Source of the DNA: a virus
Length of the DNA: 64,000 nucleotides
Strand: one strand, 5' to 3'
IMG/VR virus record: IMGVR_UViG_3300042885_000725
Coordinates: 5,591 to 69,590 of that record
Below the pieces are notes generated by a model. The model did no database searches and was not told the DNA's origin. It saw nothing but the letters and a program-made list of their open reading frames with translations. The position numbers and the translations under genes were made by a program. Positions 48,229-57,403 of the stretch are shown here, in pieces. The stretch's first letter is position 1. Each line of letters opens with the position of its first letter.

Positions 48229-51200
48229 TGTATAATAAGAAAGCTCTATCTAAAGCTACAGCTGAGTTGGACAAAGCTAAAGCTCCTAAGAAACCTAAAG
48301 ATATAATCACTGATCCAATGGGTCAGTGGAAATATCCTGGTTTACCTACTAGAATTCCTGGTAATGACATCACTATGCAAGGAGTAGGCTATCCTGTATT
48401 AGGTGTGGCTAATAATGGTCAGAGAAAGATAATGCTTCCGGGAGCAGACTACACTTTTCCTGGAGCAGAGTATGTAGATGAATATCCTCAAATGAGAAAA
48501 GGAGGAGAGAGAAAAAGAAGAAAGACTAAAAGCATATCTGGTACTAATAAGATCATGCAAAAAAATCCTTTGTTTAAAGATTATAAAAACAGAGTATATG
48601 ATCCAAATGTAGATTACTTTCAAAAAGGTGGTGTAAAGGGTAACTGGAAAGTTAGAGAAGAACTTTATGATGGGGAAGATGAATACTTTAGAGCTAACCC
48701 ACATGTAGGTGGTATGGCTGCTGAAGATGATACAGTTATTTTAAATCCTTATTCTAAATTATCTAAAGCTGAAAAAGATGCAATAATTAAAAATGAAAAA
48801 GCCAGGCTTACTATGAGAAATGGTTACGCTAGACCAGATTTCAATTTAACAGAAGAACAAGCAAAAGCATTTGAAAATTATTCACCAGACTTACAAGATC
48901 AAAAAGAGACTATTGTAGGAAGAATATTGTCAGGTGATCCTAGTCAAGGTAATGCTACTAAGCAACAAAGAGAATATGCTGAAGAACTACAAAGATTCAT
49001 GGATATGCATAAGGACACTGTATTAACAAATACATCAGGTCCAAGAAACTTTCAAGATGGTGGTCCACAAAATAATACTTCTGAAGAAAGATTTAAAAAA
49101 AGATTAATGAAAAGATATCCTGGCATGCAGGGTGTTTATGGAACTGACGGTGAAAATTTAAGTATTATCAAAGACCCAAACTATAAGGCTTCAGATCATG
49201 GTTTTGGAAATATAGAATTTATGTTTCCTGGTCAAGATTCTGTAACTTATACTGATGATTATCAATATAAAAATCCTACACCAGATCAATATACTACTGT
49301 TTATAACCCTAAAGGTGCAAACAGAGGTGATGTATTTTTAGACATGATGCATGGAATGAGAGATGATGAAGAGTATCAAAAACTATTACAAAACTTTGGA
49401 GCTACTGTAAAAAAAGGAAGAGGACGAGATATGGATCATTGGTATAATGTAGAGGCTCAAGAAAATCCTAATTATGTAGAAGATGGTAGAGAAGTTTGGG
49501 ATAACAATTATATTGATGGTATTTTAAGAGCTGAGTTAGCTAATAAAACTATAGGAAGAAGAGTAAAAGGAAATGACTATAAGTTAGAAAGAAGAGGGTC
49601 TACAGATGAAATAAAACAAGCTGCCAAAGACATAAAAAAATATCTAAAGACTCCACAAAAACCTAAACAATATGTAGGACCTGTTATTGAAAATAATGGT
49701 TTTATTACTCCTGAATATGAAGATGGTGGTTATATAGAAGCAGATCTTACAGATGATGAAATAGAAGAATACAGAAAAGGCGGTTACATAGTAGAAGACA
49801 TATCTGTACCAGAACTTAATCAAGCTCAGAAAGGTGGGTCTAACACTACAGTTCACACTGATAAAAATGGTACTAAGACTACCAAGTATAGAGATTCTCA
49901 TAATGTTGTTCATTATAAAGTTGAAACCAAAGATGGTAAAGTTTATAATAAACAAGACAAAAGTCTTTCAGTAGGACAAGCAGCAAATGATACAAGGACA
50001 CCTACGGAAAGAGCAATTGAAATGCAGAATTTTTATAAAGCTCATCCTGGTTTACAACAAGATTATTTAAAACCTGGTACAGCTGCTTACATAGAAGCCC
50101 ACGATGGACCAATGCAATCTGTAGATGACTTCTGGACATTACCTATAGGTATGACAAGTGCGGGAGTTAAAGGTACAGTTGGTTTAGCAAAAGGTTTAAC
50201 TTCTCTTGGTCGTAATGCTCTTAAATCATCATTAGTTCAATCAGGTAAAGCTGGAACAAAAGCTTTACTTAATAAGTCTTTGGTTAAAAGTTTACCTGGT
50301 TCAAGTATTAATAATCTAGTAGCTTCAGGATTTGCTGGTACTGCATTAACTGATATAGTAACTGGTAAAGTTGCGGAACCTTGGAAAAAAGCTAATAAGT
50401 CTGGTAAAGGTTCTGACTATGCGGATGCTGTTGCTGAAAATATGTTTACAGCTTTAGATGCTTATCCTTTATATAATGCAGCAGGTAAAGGTCTTAAACA
50501 ATTAGGTAAATATGCTAAAACTTTACCAGGGAAACTAAGTAAAACAAAAGCAAATTCAATACCAAAAAGAGCAACTAGTATAGGTTTAGATACGTACTCA
50601 GGAGATAGTTTTACACCAATACGTATTGGAGGTAAAAAATATAAACATGCTGGTCAAGAATGGTATAATGTTGATCCAGGAGATTATCCAGGAATGACTT
50701 GGGAAGAAACACAAAAACAAGGTTTACAAGATGCTGGTGAAAGTTTAAATTATTTGTTTAAAAAGAATCCTAATTATAGTAAAGAAATATTTGATAATGT
50801 AGGTGACTTTGATTATAAACAGTTTTCTGAAGGAGATGAAGCCTTGAAAAAATTAAAGTCTGCTATTACTTCAGAACCAATTATAGGTAAAGCTGATGTT
50901 TACAGTAATACTGAACTACAGAAAAAAATTCAAAACTATAAAAACTGGAGAAATGAAATAGATGAAATATATAAAGAATATAAAAAACTTGATCCTTCAG
51001 GTAATTCAAGTAATAGTGATTTACGTAATTTACATCCTCATTTGAAAAAAAGATGGGATGCTTTAAAAAATATTGATAAATCAATAACAGATAAGTTTAT
51101 TACTAAAGAGCAAGAGAAACTTATACGTGAAAATTATCCTGAACTTATATCTACATTAGATACAAGAAATGATTTAAGTAGACATTCTCTTAAAATATTA

Positions 51201-51428
51201 GGAGAAGATAAGTTAAAAAAACCAATGCCACAAGAAGCAATTGATATTTTAAAATCACTGAATTTATACAAAAAACCTAATAAGAATTTGCTTAGGTTTG
51301 AACCAGGTAAAATGAATAAATTAGGAGGATTGGTTAAAGCTCAAAAAGGCGGTATAGTTTTAAAACTTACTTCTAAAGAAATTCAAGATTATATTAAACA
51401 AGGTTATATAGTTGAGGATGTTGAGTAA
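48228..51428 (+). CDS. putative virion cargo protein, modular with xxxGG junctions
   Basis: Follows the muzzle gene; N-terminal DPMGQWKYPG..TRIP..ITMQGV domain; multiple QKGG/QDGG motifs. Confidence 0.65.
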   Translation: MYNKKALSKATAELDKAKAPKKPKDIITDPMGQWKYPGLPTRIPGNDITMQGVGYPVLGVANNGQRKIMLPGADYTFPGAEYVDEYPQMRKGGERKRRKTKSISGTNKIMQKNPLFKDYKNRVYDPNVDYFQKGGVKGNWKVREELYDGEDEYFRANPHVGGMAAEDDTVILNPYSKLSKAEKDAIIKNEKARLTMRNGYARPDFNLTEEQAKAFENYSPDLQDQKETIVGRILSGDPSQGNATKQQREYAEELQRFMDMHKDTVLTNTSGPRNFQDGGPQNNTSEERFKKRLMKRYPGMQGVYGTDGENLSIIKDPNYKASDHGFGNIEFMFPGQDSVTYTDDYQYKNPTPDQYTTVYNPKGANRGDVFLDMMHGMRDDEEYQKLLQNFGATVKKGRGRDMDHWYNVEAQENPNYVEDGREVWDNNYIDGILRAELANKTIGRRVKGNDYKLERRGSTDEIKQAAKDIKKYLKTPQKPKQYVGPVIENNGFITPEYEDGGYIEADLTDDEIEEYRKGGYIVEDISVPELNQAQKGGSNTTVHTDKNGTKTTKYRDSHNVVHYKVETKDGKVYNKQDKSLSVGQAANDTRTPTERAIEMQNFYKAHPGLQQDYLKPGTAAYIEAHDGPMQSVDDFWTLPIGMTSAGVKGTVGLAKGLTSLGRNALKSSLVQSGKAGTKALLNKSLVKSLPGSSINNLVASGFAGTALTDIVTGKVAEPWKKANKSGKGSDYADAVAENMFTALDAYPLYNAAGKGLKQLGKYAKTLPGKLSKTKANSIPKRATSIGLDTYSGDSFTPIRIGGKKYKHAGQEWYNVDPGDYPGMTWEETQKQGLQDAGESLNYLFKKNPNYSKEIFDNVGDFDYKQFSEGDEALKKLKSAITSEPIIGKADVYSNTELQKKIQNYKNWRNEIDEIYKEYKKLDPSGNSSNSDLRNLHPHLKKRWDALKNIDKSITDKFITKEQEKLIRENYPELISTLDTRNDLSRHSLKILGEDKLKKPMPQEAIDILKSLNLYKKPNKNLLRFEPGKMNKLGGLVKAQKGGIVLKLTSKEIQDYIKQGYIVEDVE

Positions 51429-51486
51429 ATTTTTAAAGTTTAAACAATAAATTTATTTTTAGTATATTAAATTATAATCTTTACAA

Positions 51487-54075
51487 ATGGAAAGAAGAAC
51501 AGTTAGAATTTACAAAGCTCCAAACGGACAAGGTGAATATATAAATAAGACAGGTCAATTTTTGAAGAAAGCACAAATGGGTGCTGAAACAAGAAGTGAT
51601 GAAGTCATGCAGCAAAAACAATTAGAACCTATAATGCAGTTTGTAGCGGGAGCATTGGATAATGACATGGAGCCTGAAGAAATCATGAAGATATTGGTAT
51701 CTAAAGGTCTTCCTAAAGAACTAGTATATTCAGTTATATCAAATGTAATGCAAGAGCGTGAGGCTCCAGTAGAAGAGGAAGAAGAAAGTAAGAAAGAACA
51801 ACCTGCTGAAGAATCTAAAATTGGACAATCAGAGTTTCAACCTATTGGTGAAGAAGAAGCTCCTGTAGAAGAAGATCAGGGAATGGATTATTATAATTCA
51901 TATGCTGATGAACCAGAACCAACAATTGAAGAAGAGTATCAAGATGGTGGACCAATTCTTTCTTATGGTGATTTAGAAAATAACCAAGAAGAAGAATCTA
52001 TTGATATGTCTCCGGAGTTAGTTCAGAAATTAACTTCACTTAAAGATTTTATAGACAAAGCTCCTTCAAATGATTTTGAAGGTTTTGATAAAGATATTAG
52101 TGAATATGAAGGTAATTATACACCGGTTGAATGGGATGTATTAGGAGATGGTTATGGTTACTATAAAAAAGGAGGTTCTAAAAAGAACTTTACAAAGAAT
52201 GTACTAGCTCTTATTAAAAAACAAGAAGGTGGTGATAACCAAGACATTGCTCAAGGTAATAAAAAAGATACTTTAACAAATGAAGTTTCTAAAATTAAAT
52301 CTTCATTCACTGACAAATTAAAAGAAGTATCAAATAAAGCTGCTATAGATTCTATCTATGAAAAGATGATGAAGTCTAATGATCCTGAGTTAATGCAATC
52401 TGCACAAGAACTTGCTCAAAACAGACAGAAGTCAAGTCAAATGGGAAGCTTTGAACCTGTAGCACAACAAGGTGGTTATGTAGGAGAAGAGCAACCTGAC
52501 ATGTTTAGTCAAGGTGGTTTTGATATGCCTGAAGCACAAAAAGGAGGAATGCAAAAACTTGGTGACTTCTTATTAGGAGAAAAATATACTACAGCTAATA
52601 ATCCATATACTGTTAAGACTGGTGCTTTGTATAAAGATCCTTTGACAGGTTTAACTCCTGTAGCAAGAACTGTACATAAGAGAGGTATATTAGGAAGACC
52701 TAAAAAATATACTGATTATTATACTAAATCAAGTAAAGTTGATCAAGACTTTATAAATAATTTTTCTGAAGGTAAACCTAAAGCAAATACTAAAAAGTCT
52801 GAAGATATAAAAGTTGATTCAAAAAAACGTGAGTATAATATACCTGATGAGCAATATGAAAAATTGTCTAGAAGAGATAAAAGACAAGAAAGAAAGTGGG
52901 CTAAGTTAGAAAATGAAACAAAAGAATTTAACAAAGGTGTTAATTTTGTTAATGTTGATGAGGAAGAGAGAAAGCAAAAAGAAAAAGAACTTAAAGCAGC
53001 AATGAAAGATGCTGCCGCATGGTCTACTAAAATTGGTATGGATACTCCAGAATGGTGGGATAATGGAACTACTGAAGCTGCATTACCAGAAGGACTTTCT
53101 CCAGAAGATATTGAATACCTTGATGCTCAAGATATTGAACTTGAAAAAGCTAATATGATTCCTATTATGGAAAGGCAAAAAGCAGCTAAAAATAGATTGA
53201 AATTATACAATCAAGATAAATCAGATGAAATCTATGCTGCTAAAATTAGAGATAATGCATATAAGCAATTTAGTAATGCAGGAGATTTTAGACCTGATCT
53301 TTCTAAATTTATACAAAACCCTGAAGATATTAAAAGACAAAAAGAAGAAGAGGAAGCAAGAAAACAAATGCAAGAAGAAGGTAGAGAAGCTGAGTATGAA
53401 AAAAGATACGGTGGTTTACCAAAAGCTCAAACTGGTCCAACAGTTAAGTCTGGAACAAGTGCTTTAAATCCCGCATCTGATCCTACTGCTAATTCAGGTA
53501 ATTTAGCTGGTATGTTAAAACCACAAAATAATCCTAATTCATTTATGGGTGCGTCTGCTCCATTTATGAATCAAAATGCACCTGTTAATAAAGATGCTAA
53601 AGTTGATGCAATTCAAATGGATCCTAATCAAACTAAAGATCAAAAAATTACTTCTTTAGATTTTGGTAATCCTGATGAAGATAACTTAGTTGCTCAAGAT
53701 GTAGAAACAAAAAGAAACTTTGATGGTACTAACTTTAATAATAAATTTAATGCTGCTGCTGATATGTTTACAGGCTTTATGGGTAGACTAGATTCTGCTA
53801 AGAAAGAAAAAGAAATGTATCAAAATAACTTTAATGCTGATAGTCTTTATGGTGTATCTACTAATAAAGACAAAGGAGATTATGTAGCTTATGGTCAACA
53901 AACAGGAATGTTTAGACCTAATGAAACAGGTCAAGAAACTATGGGTAGATTTGCATATGGTCAATACGGTGGTTACATGCAAGAGGGAGGATATACTGAG
54001 GGAGATGAAGTTGATATGACTGAAGAAGAACTAGCAGAATTTATTGCTAACGGAGGTGAAGTAGAATATTTATAA
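51487..54075 (+). CDS. putative virion cargo protein (acidic, xxxGG motifs)
   Basis: Low-complexity acidic protein with about ten GG motifs. Confidence 0.65.
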   Translation: MERRTVRIYKAPNGQGEYINKTGQFLKKAQMGAETRSDEVMQQKQLEPIMQFVAGALDNDMEPEEIMKILVSKGLPKELVYSVISNVMQEREAPVEEEEESKKEQPAEESKIGQSEFQPIGEEEAPVEEDQGMDYYNSYADEPEPTIEEEYQDGGPILSYGDLENNQEEESIDMSPELVQKLTSLKDFIDKAPSNDFEGFDKDISEYEGNYTPVEWDVLGDGYGYYKKGGSKKNFTKNVLALIKKQEGGDNQDIAQGNKKDTLTNEVSKIKSSFTDKLKEVSNKAAIDSIYEKMMKSNDPELMQSAQELAQNRQKSSQMGSFEPVAQQGGYVGEEQPDMFSQGGFDMPEAQKGGMQKLGDFLLGEKYTTANNPYTVKTGALYKDPLTGLTPVARTVHKRGILGRPKKYTDYYTKSSKVDQDFINNFSEGKPKANTKKSEDIKVDSKKREYNIPDEQYEKLSRRDKRQERKWAKLENETKEFNKGVNFVNVDEEERKQKEKELKAAMKDAAAWSTKIGMDTPEWWDNGTTEAALPEGLSPEDIEYLDAQDIELEKANMIPIMERQKAAKNRLKLYNQDKSDEIYAAKIRDNAYKQFSNAGDFRPDLSKFIQNPEDIKRQKEEEEARKQMQEEGREAEYEKRYGGLPKAQTGPTVKSGTSALNPASDPTANSGNLAGMLKPQNNPNSFMGASAPFMNQNAPVNKDAKVDAIQMDPNQTKDQKITSLDFGNPDEDNLVAQDVETKRNFDGTNFNNKFNAAADMFTGFMGRLDSAKKEKEMYQNNFNADSLYGVSTNKDKGDYVAYGQQTGMFRPNETGQETMGRFAYGQYGGYMQEGGYTEGDEVDMTEEELAEFIANGGEVEYL

Positions 54076-54085
54076 TCTTAATAAG

Positions 54086-57000
54086 ATGAAAGTAAGAATT
54101 AAAAAAGTACCGCAAGCTAGAACAGGATACCAAGTACAAGGTTCTTTAGCTAATGATGTGCCAGCTATGGGTGGTGCAGATTACAATACTTATATAGGTA
54201 AACCAAGTCTAAAAGCTAGTAAGTATATGACGGCTGTTCCTAGAGAAGAAGCTAATCTAGAAGCAGAAGGAGGAGAAACTGTATATGGTGATATCAATGG
54301 TGATGGAATGCCAGAACACAAAACTATCAAAGGTCCTAGACACTCTGGCGGTGGTGTTCCATTAAACTTACCTGATGACACTTTTATATACAGTGACTTC
54401 AGAGGTATGAACATTAAAGAACCTGAGTTCTTACAAATGTTTGGTAAAGGTGGTAAGGGTAACAAAAGTTATACCCCAGCTGCACTTGCTAAACAATATG
54501 ATATTGAGAAGTACAGAAAGATTCTTCAAGATCCAGATTCAGATAAAATTGATAGAAAGACTGCGGAGTTGATGATTAAGAATTATCAAAATAAACTTGC
54601 TGCATTAGCGTTAGTACAAGAAGGTAAGAAAGGATTTCCTCAAGGTATGCCAGCTGTAGCAAAACCAATGACTGCAGAAAATCAATATACTGAAGATACA
54701 TTTGTTGATCCTTCTGTAAAGCAATTTGCTTCTCAGATAGATGGTAAGTTGAAAGAAGCAGAACAAAATGAAAATACTGCAGAACAAGATCCGGATTTTG
54801 CTCAACAAGCTCAACAAGCTCAAGAGATGAATGAAGGACAACCTGTTGCTCAACCAGGAGAAATGGAACAACCGATGGCACAATACGGTATGGCTATGGG
54901 TGGATATGATCTACCTTTTGCACAATCAGGTATAGAATTAGGTCCTATTTATACACCAAAGTCTGATGATTACAATTATGACAGAAATCAACCTGGTATG
55001 CAAGAGTACCTTAAAACTATTCAAAGATATAATGAGTTAAGAGGTAAACCTGAATTTGTTCCTGTTGGAGAAGGACCATTAGATAAAAACCAGACGAGAG
55101 AGTATAGGAATTTAATATATGATATAAATGAACATTATGGTCATGGAACTGCGTATGATCCAGAAACTGGAGAACCTATACCTCATAAAAAACTTACACC
55201 AGAAGAACAATTAAAAATGTATAAACAAAATGTGGAAGATTGTCCTTGCATGAAAAAAGTAATTGTACAAGGAAAGTCTCAAAATAAATGTGTACCCTGT
55301 GAACAATTAGAAATGGCTCAGTATGGTATGTCCATGGGAGGTTATGATTTACCTTATGGTGATGATATGCCAGAAGCTGAATATGGTATGTCTATGGGTA
55401 TTACTTCTAAGAACTATATGGGAAGACCTAAGTCTGCTATGTATGCTAGAGGTGGTGCTTTAAGAACATATCAAGGTGCTGAAGGTGCTAGTTCTACTGG
55501 TGCTGCCGGAGGTGCTCCTGCAGCTACAACAGATGATGGTACATTAGATGTTACAGGTTTAGATCCTGATGCATCTAATAAAAAATATCAAATATGGATG
55601 AAACACAATCCAGGTAAGGAACCTAAAATAATGTTAAATGGTAAACCTGCTAAATATGTACCACCTACAAAACCTACAGGTGACTTACCTTTGTCAGATT
55701 TAAAAGCAATAAATGAAATAGGCTATAAAATGTTAGAGAAAGAAATAACTAATCCTAATTCAAAAGTTAGAGCTACATTAATTGAAGAAGCTCAAGCAGC
55801 ATATAAAGACCCTAAAACAGGTGGTAAAATTGGTATAAGTAAATACAGAAAAAATAGAGCTGTTCCAACTGGTGATGAAATTATAAATGGAATCTTAACT
55901 GGAAAGAAAAGAAATGATGCAATAAAAGAATCCGGTATGGATATGAGATATCTTAATAATGGTGCTACAGCTTTTGATACTTATGACGAATTAAAAAAGA
56001 GAGGTATTGTTACATCACAAGATGAATATGATAAAAAGAAAAAAGAATATGAATCTAAAGGTTGGGATAATAAAGATAAAATTGCAAAAACATTAAAAAT
56101 TACTTTACCAACTCCCGATCAAACTTTGATAGAACAAACTGGTGCACATGGTATTGCTAGAATGCAAAATAATAAAGTTAAAGGTGCATATAATAAATGG
56201 GGAGATGATGATGCATATCAATTAGAAACTTTATTTGGTAGAGGAGATCATGATATACAAACTAATACTGGTGGTAATGATGAAACTGAAATGGCTGCCT
56301 TATATGGAGATAATTATAACACATTATCACCTATTGAAGGTTTTGCTGGTCAATCAACATTAGCACATGGGGCAAATCCAAATACAGCTCAAGGAAAGTT
56401 TGAAGCTGTACCTGAAGAAAAGAAAGAACAAGTTAATGCCGAACCATGTCCTTGTACAAGAGCTGACGGAAGTACTTATGAGCTTCCTAGAAATGCTGAT
56501 GGTACTTGTCCTCCATGTGAAACAGAAGGTGAAGCAACAACTCCTCAAAAAACAGAACCTAAAATGTGGTTGCAAGATAAAATCAAAACAGCAGGTGCTT
56601 TTGGTGATTTAATGAGTGCTAAGAAATACACGCCTTGGGCTGCTAAGTATGATTTGAGAACACCAAAACCTACATTCATGGATCCAACAAGAGAACTTGC
56701 TGCTAATGCTGAACAAGCAAATATCCAAACTCAAGCTTTGGGTCAGTTTGCAGGTCCTCAAGCTTTGTCAGCTAGATCTTCTGGTGTAATGGGTGCAGCT
56801 AGTAAAAATGCGGCAGATGTATTAGCTAAATACAATAATGCAAATGTTAACATTGCTAACCAGTTTGAATCAAATATTGCTAACATTGAGAATCAGGAAC
56901 AACAATTAAATACAGCTTCTCAACAAAAATTATATGATCAGAATACTATTTCTAATCAACAGTATGATAATACTAAGAGAGCATTAAGAAATAATTTAAT

Positions 57001-57343
57001 GAATCAAACTACATCAGGTATAACAAACAAGATGAAAACAGATGCCTTAAATCAATTGTATCCACAATATCAAGTACATCCTGAAACAGGTGGGGGAGTT
57101 GATTATGATCCAACTAAAGCTAAACAAATTAAACATGAAATGTCTGGGGATAATGAGCAAGCATATTATGAAGAATGTTCTAAGCGTTATAAAGATGAAG
57201 CAACAATTCAAAAATGTGTGGATTCTAAAATGAAAAATGCTCCTTCAGGTGGAGGTAACTCTGGTAGAAATGCTTTTGATGCACATAATGCTAAAGAAGG
57301 AGGGTTTGTTTATGGTGATGTAACTTATCCATTTATACTATAA
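54086..57343 (+). CDS. putative virion cargo/ejection protein
   Basis: EAEGGET...GPRHSGGGVP..L....IYSD domain, AQYGM.MGGY repeats and an N/Q-rich coiled-coil C-terminus. Confidence 0.7.
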   Translation: MKVRIKKVPQARTGYQVQGSLANDVPAMGGADYNTYIGKPSLKASKYMTAVPREEANLEAEGGETVYGDINGDGMPEHKTIKGPRHSGGGVPLNLPDDTFIYSDFRGMNIKEPEFLQMFGKGGKGNKSYTPAALAKQYDIEKYRKILQDPDSDKIDRKTAELMIKNYQNKLAALALVQEGKKGFPQGMPAVAKPMTAENQYTEDTFVDPSVKQFASQIDGKLKEAEQNENTAEQDPDFAQQAQQAQEMNEGQPVAQPGEMEQPMAQYGMAMGGYDLPFAQSGIELGPIYTPKSDDYNYDRNQPGMQEYLKTIQRYNELRGKPEFVPVGEGPLDKNQTREYRNLIYDINEHYGHGTAYDPETGEPIPHKKLTPEEQLKMYKQNVEDCPCMKKVIVQGKSQNKCVPCEQLEMAQYGMSMGGYDLPYGDDMPEAEYGMSMGITSKNYMGRPKSAMYARGGALRTYQGAEGASSTGAAGGAPAATTDDGTLDVTGLDPDASNKKYQIWMKHNPGKEPKIMLNGKPAKYVPPTKPTGDLPLSDLKAINEIGYKMLEKEITNPNSKVRATLIEEAQAAYKDPKTGGKIGISKYRKNRAVPTGDEIINGILTGKKRNDAIKESGMDMRYLNNGATAFDTYDELKKRGIVTSQDEYDKKKKEYESKGWDNKDKIAKTLKITLPTPDQTLIEQTGAHGIARMQNNKVKGAYNKWGDDDAYQLETLFGRGDHDIQTNTGGNDETEMAALYGDNYNTLSPIEGFAGQSTLAHGANPNTAQGKFEAVPEEKKEQVNAEPCPCTRADGSTYELPRNADGTCPPCETEGEATTPQKTEPKMWLQDKIKTAGAFGDLMSAKKYTPWAAKYDLRTPKPTFMDPTRELAANAEQANIQTQALGQFAGPQALSARSSGVMGAASKNAADVLAKYNNANVNIANQFESNIANIENQEQQLNTASQQKLYDQNTISNQQYDNTKRALRNNLMNQTTSGITNKMKTDALNQLYPQYQVHPETGGGVDYDPTKAKQIKHEMSGDNEQAYYEECSKRYKDEATIQKCVDSKMKNAPSGGGNSGRNAFDAHNAKEGGFVYGDVTYPFIL

Positions 57344-57403
57344 ACTTATGACGTTTACAGAGAAATTAAAAATTTTATAGATTTACAATAGAAAAAATTA
57401 GCT

